DNA of 64,000 nucleotides from Octopus sinensis (taxonomy: Eukaryota), in assembly GCF_006345805.1 (NCBI RefSeq), contig NC_043002.1:25110001-25174000 (forward strand), read 5' to 3'. Numbering within the stretch: position 1 is the stretch's first letter; every line of letters begins with the position of its first letter. The translations under genes were made by a program, and so were the position numbers. Positions 1 through 10,071 of the stretch are shown piece after piece. Below the pieces are notes generated by a model. That model was not told the DNA's origin. It saw only the letters and a program-made list of their open reading frames with translations, and did not search any database.

Positions 1-835
1 AGCCAAGCTTCAACCGCAAATAAAAGTCAATTCCGTAAACAGGAGAAAATTTAAAAAACATTTACCCTGTAATTTTTATACGATGCACCGTTTCATCTGC
101 TGTTTAATGGTAAACTAACCTGATTAAATTAAATCAAGCCAATCTTCCATAGGCCCTCAGATTCTTCAGTAAGAAATAGCCACAAGTCGGAACAGATATT
201 TTCACGAGGCATTTCCAACCCTGCCAAGGTAATATCTGACCTAAAATTTTCAAATCATCGCACTCGCGCCAAATTTATCGGCAGCAAATAAATATAAGCC
301 GTCGATTCCATTACGGAATTAACCAGAAAATTCATAATTAATCAATATAGGGTGGCAAAAAAAATTTTGTAGAATTTTTTTGCCACCAGCGGCCTAGTGG
401 GAAAAAATTAAATAGTCATAGACCAGTCATAGACCTATATTGATTAATTATGAATTTTCTGGTTAATTCCGTAATGGAATCGACGGCTTATATTTATTTG
501 CTGCCGATAAATTTGGCGCGAGTGCGATGATTTGAAAATTTTAGGTCAGATATTACCTTGGCAGGGTTGGAAATGCCTCGTGAAAATATCTGTTCCGACT
601 TGTGGCTATTTCTTACTGAAGAATCTGAGGGCCTATGGAAGATTGGCTTGATTTAATTTAATCAGGTTAGTTTACCATTAAACAGCAGATGAAACGGTGC
701 ATCGTATAAGAAATTACAGGGTAAATGTTTTTTAAATTTTCTCCTGTTTACGGAATTGACTTTTATTTGCGGTTGAAGCTTTGGCTGTTATTTCTAGTGG
801 GTGAATGGCCTATTATGGCCGTTCCTTGATTGTTG
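1..835. mobile_element. Fold-back Penelope-like/hammerhead element, unit 1
   Basis: Inverted arms 1-351 and 434-786 are near-identical. The right arm continues to 835 and ends in (TA)n. It contains a hammerhead fold at 608-714, mirrored at about 72-178 on the minus strand. The left end may extend outside the window. Confidence 0.75.
608..714 (+). ncRNA. Type I hammerhead ribozyme with long stem II
   Basis: Stem I ATTTCTTA/TAAGAAAT, core CTGAAGA (616-622), stem II ATCTG/CAGAT, GAAA (691-694), stem III CG-gtgcat-CG, GUA cleavage triplet. Confidence 0.8.
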
Positions 836-869
<34 letters not shown>

Positions 870-1859
870 TATATATATAAACGCAACATGTACTTGCCGG
901 TGGACTGCGATTTACGTGTTTGAGATTACTGTCTCAAAGTTCCAAGTGTTAAAACACCTGAAAGTCATAGACAAGTGAGACAACTCACCCCAAATCCCAT
1001 TCGGGAGTAACGGACATTGACGTTTTGCAACTTTTACAGCATATCAACATCACGTACTCGAACCGAATCAGAATCCTTCCTAATGTTATTTAAATTCACA
1101 CAGAAAACATTTTTATCGTAGTATTTTATGGGAAGTGGAGTTACGCCCTTTTTTTTCCGTAGCTCTATTCCCTACAACTTTTATCAGTTTTGAAATTTGA
1201 ATAAATTTTACCCTTTTTCAGACAATGGAGCGACAAGTAGACCAAAAAAATGAACATATTTATCTGATATCCCAATATATGTTATGTATCAAATCTTTTT
1301 AAAAGCTGGTGCTATTTAGTAAACATATCGCCTTAATTCAGTGAGTCAGGGGCCAGAAACGGCTGAAAATAGCTGCTGAAGCTGTTTAGCCTTAGGCAAT
1401 AATTTAGCATATCTATGTGAAAAGATGTCCCATTACATGACCCTTGCATCATTTTTTTTTCCTCTTTCTAAACCACAATTTAACCCAAAATACAATATTC
1501 CCCGTGATCTTCCTTTTTCTTCCATGAAAACAAAGTGTGAATGGAGGAGATTTAGCTACCATTTCCAACAGATCGATTGATCACTTAGAGACCCCACCAC
1601 CGTCATTGGTCATTCTTGTGTAGTGCGATGAAATGCTGTTGTTGATTTCGTTATTGTCGCCGTTGTTCTTTATGCCCCAGATCAGCGGCGGGAGGGAGAC
1701 TAAGTAAATCCATGATCAAAAACGCTCCAGCTACGACTGACCCATCATTTTGTACATCTACATCTAGAATCAACTAGGTCCTTCTATTTCTAAAATGGCA
1801 AGGAGATTTGGCTGTTATTTCTTACAGGTCGAACGACCACATAGAGGTTTCCTCATTGG

Positions 1860-2260
1860 TTGTTTAGTGTTGTGTAGTTTGTATGATGTGCTATGATATT
1901 GTATAATGCACAGTGGTGTTTCATCTTTTGTTTCAGTTTTTTAGACTACGGCCATACTGGAGCACCGCACTTGATGCAGAAAGCAGTGCTTATTTGACTA
2001 AATTGTTAATCCAACGCTGGATGTGTTGCGTTGTATAGTGTTGCGCGTTGCGTTGGTGTGGTGCTGCGTAGTATTGTGTGGTGTATTGTATGAAGTTGTG
2101 GAACGTAATTTAATGAAGTGTAGCGTGATGTGATGCGAGGAGACGTTGTGAGGTGTTTTGAGGCGTTGTGCGGAGTGCGGGATGCTGCGATGTGATGTGA
2201 TGCGTTGTTGTGCGGTTTTGTGTGGTGAATCATTTGGACATTTAGTATTGTATAGAATCA
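1860..2260. repeat. Degenerate TG-rich pentanucleotide-like simple repeat (TGTTG/TGTGA)
   Basis: Visible 5-nt periodicity; explains the low-complexity ORFs 1998-2261 and 2006-2233. Confidence 0.6.
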
Positions 2261-2359
2261 ATAAAATAAATACCAGTAGTCAGATCATTCCGTAAAACAA
2301 GATATTTTTTTCCATAAAATTATAATTATTATTAATCATTATATTATAGATTTTTCAGA

Positions 2360-2935
2360 TTTACTCATTTTCATATTACGTCATATTTACATTGTCCATC
2401 ATATTATATATGTATGGAGTCAAATTTGGATATTGCGTAACAGTTATGTATGACGTCATGTTTATGTATGTGTTGATAATTTAATATTTCACCATATTTA
2501 GAAAGCCTGTCATATTTGCAGATGACGTCATAAATTTGAACATGACGTCATATACACATCGCCTGTCACATTCACGTATGATGTCATATTTACAGAACCC
2601 GTCATATTTACGTATGACGTCAAATTTAAATATTACATCATATTTACATAGTCCATCACATTCTCGTGTGACATCATGTTCTGATATTAAGTAATGCATA
2701 GTCCGTCATATTTCCGTATGACGTCATGCTTGAATATTACGTCATACATAGCCTGTCGTATTTATGTACAACGTCAGATTTGAATGTTCCATCATATTTA
2801 CATATTCCGCTATATTTATGTCAGATGACATATTTGAATATTACGTCATCATTACGGACTGCGTCATATTTACAGATGAAATCATAATTACGTATAACGT
2901 TATATTTGAACAATGCGTCATTTCTCAATTGTATT
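2360..2935. repeat. Degenerate 18-bp minisatellite with TGACGTCA core
   Basis: Recurrent (T)ATGACGTCATATTT units; the overlapping ORFs show 6-aa periodicity (KYDVIF/KFDVIR; YNVIFE). Confidence 0.65.
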
Positions 2936-3212
2936 TTGCATCTTATTTGCTTCAACACAGCAAAATACTCTTATTTCTGACTGTGAAAGTAGAATTCAAA
3001 TCTATAAAGAAGTACTGTGTATAGCTAGATGTTATTATTAGTGTCCGCTTAGTTGAAAAGTCGTTGCCGTAATCGTCGGTGGTGTTGCTGCTACTACTAC
3101 TGTTGTTGTTGTTGTTCAGTTGATTCAGTGCAGGCCTGGTTAAGTAGACCGACTGAGAGTCAACTGCAGTAGTCGGCCAAACGACCAGATACAACCCATA
3201 GATCTATTGTTT

Positions 3213-3528
3213 CATAGGAGTGGCTGTGTGATAAATAGCTTGCTTACCAACCACATGGTTCCGGGTTCAGTCCCACTGCGTGGCACCTTGGGCAAGTGTC
3301 TTCTACTATAGAACCGAGCCGACCAAAGCATTGTGAGGAAATTTGGTAGACGGAAACTGAAAGAAGCCCGTCGTATATATATGTATATGGTGTGTTTAAG
3401 AGACCGATAGAATAAGTACTAGGCTTACAAAGAATAAGTCCTGGCGACGATTTGCTCGACTAAAGGCGGTGCTGCAGCATGGCCGCAGTCAAATGAATGA
3501 AACAAGTAATAGAGAGAGTAAAAGAGTA
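3213..3528 (+). mobile_element. tRNA-derived SINE (family A, internally deleted)
   Basis: A/B-box-like head (GGAGTGGCTGTGTG...GGTTCAGTCCC) and body shared with copies at about 9165-9504, 16891-17290 and 56160-56510. Confidence 0.75.
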
Positions 3529-3536
3529 TAATATAT

Positions 3537-3568
<32 letters not shown>

Positions 3569-3631
3569 CACACATGTATCATATATATATACGTATATAT
3601 ATTTATAAATACATACATATATACATGTATA

Positions 3632-5266
3632 CAGTTGCGGCCAAAATGTTCAGAACGGCATTGTTTTCGTCAGAAAAGTAGGTATAAGTTTTTATCAAAG
3701 TTTTTTTTTATATTCTATAATTTTCACAGACAATAAATACGATATTATTTGTTATTGTCTCAGATTTTGGTGTAATTTGAGAGGATAATACAAAAGTTAT
3801 GGATGATTTACTGATTTACTGCAAAACCCATTGCGGCCAAAATGATCAGAACGGTTGCTTTTACTCCATGTTTTAGTATATTTTACCAGCGAACTCTAAT
3901 GTTTTGAATTTGTTTACGTGGCGGTTCATTTACTAAACACGCCTAAGAATATCTGCAGTGTACTTTGTTAATATAATGCCACTTACTCCGTTACCAATTC
4001 GTCAGCAGATTATTAAGCTTCGAAAGAAGTATAATTTAAGTATTAGGTCTATTGCAAAGATTGTTAACAAGTCAAAAAGTGTTGTTCACGGTATTTTTAA
4101 GGTCTACGATGATTGTGGTTCGTGTGAAGCAAGAAAGTCTACAGGTAGGCCAAGAAAAACGACCAAGAGAGAAGATCGTGCTATGGTAAAGTTGGTTAAA
4201 AAAGACAGATTTAAAACTGCTGCTGCTGCTGTTTCTCGGGAAATGAGCATTGTACTGAAGAAAACTTTATCTCGAAAAACTTTGTCTCGTCCTTTAGTTG
4301 AACATAACCTACAAGCAAGAGCACCTGCAGTGAAGCCACTGATCAGCTCCAAGAATAAAAAATGTCTTACCTTTACAACCGAACATGTGTTGTGGTCTCA
4401 AGAAAAATTACAAATGGTGCATTTCAGTGATGAATCTAAGTTTATGTTATTTGGCTCAGATGGGAAAGGTACGTTCGTCGAAAAGCAGGTGAAAAATTGT
4501 CACCTAAATGCCTTAAGACTAGTGTTAAATTCGGTGGAGGAAGTGTCATGGTTTGGGAGATGATATCTGGAGATGTTGTGGGCCCTTTGCTGCGATTACA
4601 TGGAAAGGTAAATGCAGGAGTTTATAAACAACTTGTAAAAGATCATGTCTTGCCTGTGCTGAGAAATTCAACTAAGCGACCACCTATATTCATGTAGGAC
4701 AATGCCCCGTGTCACAAGGCTAAGGTGGCCATGAACTTCCTCAAGGCTGAAAAGGTTACTGTTATGGATTGGCCTGCTCAAAGCCCAGACCTCAATCCTA
4801 TTGAAAATGTGTGGAATATTCTAGGAGAACGTTTGAAAGCCAGAAATCCTAAAACACACCGAGCAATTATGGAATGCCCTTCAGGAAGGAAGAATGGAAT
4901 AAGATCACCCAGCAAGAAATTGAAAATTTAATTTCCCCATGCAGTCGAAAATGTCAAACTTTGATTGAAGCTAAAGGGCTTCACACTAAATATGAAATAA
5001 TTCCAGCATTCTCTGTCACTTTTTGATTATTTTGTTATTTTTTCAACCGTTCTGATCATTTTGGCCTCCATGGGTTTTGCAGTAAACCACTATATCATCC
5101 ATAACTTTTGTATTATCCACTCAAATTACACCAAAATCTCAGACAATACCAATTAATATCGTATTTATTGTCTGTGAAAATTATAGAATAAAAAAAAACT
5201 TTTAAAAAACTTATACCTACTTTTCTGACAAAAACAATGCCGTTCTGAACATTTTGGCCGCAACTA
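3632..5266 (+). mobile_element. Tc1-family DNA transposon (IR/DR type, about 1635 bp)
   Basis: TIRs of about 225 bp (3632-3858 and 5044-5266) start CAGTTGCGGCCAAAATG; each contains an inner direct repeat (3831-3858). TA lies on both sides and a transposase remnant is inside. Confidence 0.95.
3976..5000 (+). pseudogene. Tc1 transposase, DD34E, disrupted
   Basis: HTH region with GRPRKTT, FSDES (first D), FM*DNAPCH (TAG at 4695-4697) and WPAQSPDLNPIENVW, with 34 residues between the second D and E. Split over ORFs 3958, 4497 and 4725 by frameshifts. Confidence 0.92.
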
Positions 5267-5601
5267 TATATATATATATATTATATATATATATATATAT
5301 AATATATATATATCAACAATTGAGGGTAAAATTAATTAATCAATTTCACCAAGTGTTCAGTATGTAAAAGGACCATTTAAGGCGAATTCAAAATATTACA
5401 TTATATAATTAGGGCTTAGTAAAATAAATTACTTTGCCACATACTGAACTTAGTAGAAATAGCAGCCAAAAAAATTTTTTTTATCCATTTCTACTACTTA
5501 AAGAAAATTTCTCTCAGATAATGTTTACTCCAGACAGCTCACGAAGGTTTGGAGGTAAATACAGAAAAATATCACAAGTACATAGATCCAAATTAAGAAA
5601 T

Positions 5602-5664
5602 TTTGAGCTGACGAAAGAAATGCTGATTTTATTTGGCTAATCTTGAAACGTTGACGTACTCAAA
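5602..5664 (+). ncRNA. Type I hammerhead ribozyme (unit 2, copy 1)
   Basis: Stem I TTTGAG/CTCAAA, core CTGACGA, stem II AAGA/TCTT, GAAA, stem III CGT-TG-ACG, GUA with cleavage after 5658. Confidence 0.85.
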
Positions 5665-6160
5665 CGATCTATGTACTTGTGATATTTTCTGTATTTACCT
5701 CAAACCTTCGTGAGCTGTCTGGAGTAAACATTATCTGAGAGAAATTTTCTTTAAGTAGTAGAAATGGCTAAAAAAATTTTTTGGCTGCTATTTCTACTAA
5801 GTTCAGTATGTGACAAAGTAATTTATTTTACTAAGCCCTAATTATATAATGTAATATTTTGAATTCGCCTTAAATGGTCCTTTTACATACTGAACACTTG
5901 GTGAAATTGATTAATAATTTTACCCTCAATGTTGTTGATATTATAATTCATTTCTCTCTGTCATACTGCCTCGGTTCTCGCGGTTTTAAATATAATGTTT
6001 GCTAGATAGACCACGTGGGTGGAAGAGGAGAGTGCAGAAATTTACGCCTGCGCATTTTGAATTTGTTGGCACTGGCAGTTGGAGCTGGTTCATCTGAAGC
6101 GACAAGTTCGCCGAGAGGTAAAGTTCCTTCTTTTTAGTGTTTCCAATCCAAATTAAGAAT

Positions 6161-6222
6161 TTTGAGCTGACGAAAGAAATGCTGATTTTATTTGGCTAAT
6201 CTTGAAACGTTGACGTACTCAA
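6161..6222 (+). ncRNA. Type I hammerhead ribozyme (unit 2, copy 2)
   Basis: Same fold as 5602-5664; cleavage after 6217. Confidence 0.82.
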
Positions 6223-6431
6223 CGATCTATGTACTTGTGATATTTTTCTGTATTTACCTCCAAACCTTCGTGAGCTGTCTGGAGTAAACATTATCTGAGA
6301 GAAATTTTCTTTAAGTAGTAGAAATGGCTAAAAAAATTTTTTTGGCTGCTATTTCTACTAAGTTCAGTATGTGGCAAAGTAATTTATTTTACTAAGCCCT
6401 AATTATATAATGTTATATATTATATATATAT

Positions 6432-6766
6432 AACAATTGCAGCGTGGAAGGTGTTTGTAAGCCATTTAAGAAACACACAAAAGCCGTTCGATTCACTTCA
6501 ACATTTAAGTTTGATTTGTCAAAAATATTTTCGTTGCTATAAGACCGCGACCTGTTCGCTGACAAAAATCCGTGCTTTTGTCAGTGAACAGGTCGCGGTC
6601 TTATAGCGACGAAAATATTTTGACAAATTAAACTTAAATGTTGAAGTGATCGAACGGCTTTTGAGTGTTTCTTAAATGGCTTACAAACACCTCCCACGCT
6701 GCAATTGTTTTCGTTCCAGCACACGATCTCAGATCAAATCACTTGCTATGCAAGTACATCTCCCTG
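6432..6766. mobile_element. Fold-back element, unit 3
   Basis: Arms 6432-6568 and 6576-6709 are inverted; the right arm continues to 6766; (TA)n on both sides. Confidence 0.75.
6577..6627 (+). ncRNA. Hammerhead-like fold with G3-C8 core variant
   Basis: Stem I TTTGTCA/TGACAAA (7 bp), core GTGAACA, one extra G, stem II GTCGC/GCGAC, GAAA, palindromic ATAT, UU. Confidence 0.6.
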
Positions 6767-6793
6767 TATATATATATATATAATATATAATAT

Positions 6794-6828
<35 letters not shown>

Positions 6829-6831
<3 letters not shown>

Positions 6832-7027
6832 GGTCCCGGGTTGATTCGGGGTTAACCACAGTAAATAAGGTACTCAATACATAGTAGAGTAAAATTAATT
6901 TATTATATAGAAGGAGCTTCTACAGGACTAGAACTGTTTCATTCAAGAGAAATCTTCAGAGCTTCCTGAAGATTTCTCTTGAATGAAACAGTTCTAGTCC
7001 TGTAGAAGCTCCTATATAATAAATTAA
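6829..7027. mobile_element. Fold-back element, unit 4
   Basis: Arms about 6894-6959 and 6966-7027 are inverted around AGCTTC; the left arm continues to 6829; (TA)n on both sides. Confidence 0.75.
6959..7011 (+). ncRNA. Type I hammerhead ribozyme (unit 4)
   Basis: Stem I GAGCTTC/GAAGCTC, core CTGAAGA, stem II T-TTC/GAA-T, GAAA, stem III CAG/CTG, GUA. Confidence 0.82.
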
Positions 7028-7045
7028 TATATATATATATATATG

Positions 7046-7129
<84 letters not shown>

Positions 7130-7133
<4 letters not shown>

Positions 7134-7464
7134 AGGCGCATGACTCAGTGGTTAGAGCGTCAAACTTACGACCGTGAGGTTGGGAGTTCGAATCTCGGAC
7201 CGAGCTGCATGTTGTGTTCTTGAGCAAGACACTTTACTTCACGTTGCTCCGGTTGACTCAGTTGTAGAAATGATTTGCGACGATACTGGTGCCAAGCTAT
7301 ATCGCCTTTGCCTTTCCCTTGGATGACATCGGTCCCGTGGAGAGGGGGAGGTTGGTATGCATGGGCGACTACTGGTCTTCCATAAACAACCTTGCCCGGA
7401 CTTGTGCCTCCGAGGGTAACGTTCTATGTGCAATCCCATGGTTATTCGTGACTGAAGTGGTTTC

Positions 7465-7466
<2 letters not shown>
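7130..7466 (+). mobile_element. tRNA-derived SINE
   Basis: Head GGCGCATGACTCAGTGGTTAGAGCG (A box) and GAGTTCGAATCTC (B box), then a GTTCTTGAGCAAGACACTT core; between (TA)n tracts. Confidence 0.8.
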
Positions 7467-7495
<29 letters not shown>

Positions 7496-7660
7496 ACATA
7501 AGGGACGTTAGCCATCTGAATGTGGCTAGGGACAGGGCAGGGCGGTGGGGGTGTTACTGATGCATTTAGCCCCAGGCGATCATCAACGTCACCAGGATGG
7601 CTGACGCCATCACGGCGTCCTCTAGCCTGCAAAGGGAGATCATTCCCCGAAGAAGCGGAT

Positions 7661-7711
7661 GCCACATACGGACCTAGGTTTCAAGGTGTTTGCCTATTAT
7701 CAACGTATGGC
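7661..7711 (-). ncRNA. Second copy of the U3-A8 hammerhead (unit 5)
   Basis: Reverse complement of 8033-8083. Confidence 0.75.
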
Positions 7712-8032
7712 AGGCACCGCTCCTCGACGAACGACTCTCTGTGCAGGCTATATATAAAGATTTTCACAGTAAATACATTTACTGATGTAGAAAATCTGTT
7801 CGACAGCAATAATAATTCTCTAAACGAGATATAGACAGTAACTGCTCCATAACATAAGGGCGTTAGCCATCTGAATGTGGCTAGGGACAGGGCAGGGCGG
7901 TGGGGGTGTTACTGATGCATTTAGCCCCAGGCGATCATCAACGTCACCAGGAGGGCTGACGCCATCACGGCGTCCTCTAGCCTGCAAAGGGAGATCATTC
8001 CCCGAAGAAGCGGATGCCACGGAGCGGTGCCT

Positions 8033-8083
8033 GCCATACGTTGATAATAGGCAAACACCTTGAAACCTAGGTCCGTATGTGGC
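8033..8083 (+). ncRNA. Minimal type I hammerhead with U3-A8 core variant
   Basis: Stem I CATACG/CGTATG (extendable with GCC/GGC), core TTGATAA, stem II T-AGG/CCT-T, GAAA, palindromic stem III CCTAGG, GUC with cleavage after 8073. Confidence 0.75.
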
Positions 8084-8324
8084 ATCCGCTTCTTCGGGGA
8101 ATGATCTCCCTTTGCAGGCTAGAGGACGCCGTGATGGCGTCAGCCCTCCTGGTGACGTTGATGATCGCCTGGGGCTAAATGCATCAGTAACACCCCCACC
8201 GCCCTGCCCTGTCCCTATCCACATTCAGATGGCTAACGTCCCTTATGTTATGGAGCAGTTACTGTCTATATCTCGTTTAAAGAATTATTATTGCTATATA
8301 TATATATATATATTATATATTATA

Positions 8325-8380
<56 letters not shown>

Positions 8381-8399
8381 ATGTATACGTATATGTATA

Positions 8400-8530
8400 A
8401 TGGTAGGGAATATAATTCCAAAGTTACAAGGAAAAATTCAATTTAGCAATTCTAAATCAAAGTTCACAATATATAATATATGAATATAATTAGAGAAAAT
8501 CCTCTATTAAGCAATTCAATAGTGAAAGAC

Positions 8531-8594
<64 letters not shown>

Positions 8595-8854
8595 TTATTA
8601 TTATTATTATTTTAGACCTGATGAATGACTATATTTTTTAAATAGAATTAATTTTAGATCGATTTAATCTTAAATCGAATTGATTTTATTATTATTCTCT
8701 ATTTGAAAATATGGCCACAAAACACGCGTAGTCAATTTACTATTTATTGTTTATGTACTTTATTGATGTTTAGAATAATGTTTTTTTATAGTATATTTAA
8801 TTTTTTCTATATGGTGTGAATAACGTCTTTCGCTATTGAATTGCTTAATAGAGG

Positions 8855-8857
<3 letters not shown>
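8400..8857. mobile_element. Older fold-back element with degraded hammerhead, unit 6
   Basis: 8501-8536 is inverted at 8819-8855, with (ATT)n/(ACT)n at the junction. Ribozyme remnant at 8615-8733: GAC-CTGATGA, ATGACTATATTT/AAATATGGCCAC, AAAA in place of GAAA, CACGCG-TA-GTC. Confidence 0.55.
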
Positions 8858-8888
<31 letters not shown>

Positions 8889-9164
8889 CTCCGTACTCTG
8901 AGGTCGAATAGCGCAAACGTTATTTTTTTAATACTCCTTTCATCCATGCAGGGCCCGTCGTTAAATAAAGAACCACTTCAATGTAGTAGATTGGCAGAAT
9001 TACCAGAATGCTCTTAGTTCAAATTTCATCAAATACAAATCCTATCGCTAGCCATTTCCTTACTCCTCACAAAGAGAGATGTCAAGATGGATTTTACTAT
9101 GACGTCTTTCTGCAATGATACAGGTTTCCTGACTTCTCAACACAGAAGACCAAACATTTTTCTC

Positions 9165-9504
9165 TTTTCTCTTTTCCTTGTTTCAGTCATTTTGACTGCG
9201 GCCATACTGGAGCACAGCCTTTAGTCGAGCAAATCGACCCCAGGACATATTCTTTAGAAGCGGGGACGTAAACACACCACCATCGGTTATCAAGCGATGT
9301 TGGGGGAACAAACACAGACACACACATACATATATATATATATATTTACATATATACAACGGGCTTCTTTCAGTTTCCGTCTACCAAATTCACTCACTAG
9401 GCTTTGGTCGGCCCGGTTCTATAGTAGAAGACACTTACCTAAGGTGCCATGCAGTGGGAATGAACTCGGAACCATGTGGTTCTTACCACACAGCCATTCC
9501 TGCA
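9165..9504 (-). mobile_element. tRNA-derived SINE (family A)
   Basis: Reverse complement matches the 3213-3528 family, including the internal (TA)/(CA) tract. Confidence 0.8.
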
Positions 9505-10071
9505 TTATGGACACAAGTCTTTTCCCACACTAACGAAACTTACTGAGTAATGACTCCATAATCTCAGAAAGCTGAGAAATAATAGTACTGCCAACGATAA
9601 CCATGTCTCCTTCAGGATGCAGATCATACTGTACGACTCCGATATGCTGTAGTTAATCTTATATAATATCATGTGAGTCTAGACGAGTTGTAATATATAC
9701 ACTGCTTAGTCTGTTTCTATATAACTCTTGTCGTCGTTGTCGCTGCCGCCTTAAACAAATGAGATCACCTTCAACAAAGTAGTTCCTCGGAATGATCACG
9801 ATTGGAAAAACATTTTAACATAATCCTGCTCCATCAGGTCTTTAGATGTTATATGTGTCTGATGTTCAATCCCAAATCAGCCCAGATCGAGTAGGTGTAT
9901 GATTACAGGCTTTCTAGCCGCAATCATCCCATGTTTTTGTATATGAGCGTGTGATTTGAGGAAGGTTTGATTGTTATTTCTGACAAACCGAGGCTTCTAC
10001 TACAGCCTCGGTCCGACCAAAGCCTTCTGAGTGAATTTGGTAGACGAAAACTAACGAGACTCTCAGAAGGC

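Larger units (their letters stand above)
5315..6420. mobile_element. Fold-back plus tandem hammerhead element, unit 2
   Basis: An inverted tail (5315-5585) is followed by two direct copies of hammerhead+tail (about 5587-5935 and 6148-6410) separated by a 200-nt spacer. (TA)n lies on both sides. Confidence 0.8.
7494..8295. mobile_element. Tandem 356-nt retrozyme-like element with fold-back, unit 5
   Basis: Direct repeat with period 356 (TAACATAAGGG at 7494 and 7850). The second copy stops at 8020 and is followed by an inverted copy 8021-8295. (TA)n on both sides. Confidence 0.8.

Noticed and set aside
2481-3024. Hexapeptide-repeat protein
   Set aside because: The periodicity comes from the 18-bp satellite; frames are broken by stops and shifts.
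7130-7200. tRNA genes (also SINE heads at about 33010, 42170 and 63230)
   Set aside because: A/B boxes are present but continue into SINE bodies, with no convincing acceptor stem.
7758-7797. AGATTTTC...CTGATGTAGAAAATCT as a type III hammerhead
   Set aside because: Core reads CUGAUGU with no stem II; better explained as a plain nested hairpin.
1-8300. All palindromes as pure long-read fold-back artefacts
   Set aside because: Arms of units 1-4 and 8 differ largely by 1-nt indels, so artefact cannot be excluded for those individually. However, junctions track the ribozyme across unrelated families, arms are asymmetric with proper element ends, and units 6, 7 and 9 have substitution-diverged arms.
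7369-8483. ORFs MASASSGNDLPLQ... and MWLGTGQGGGG... as proteins
   Set aside because: They run into (TA)n-derived IY repeats, are duplicated only because the DNA unit is, and show no recognisable domain.
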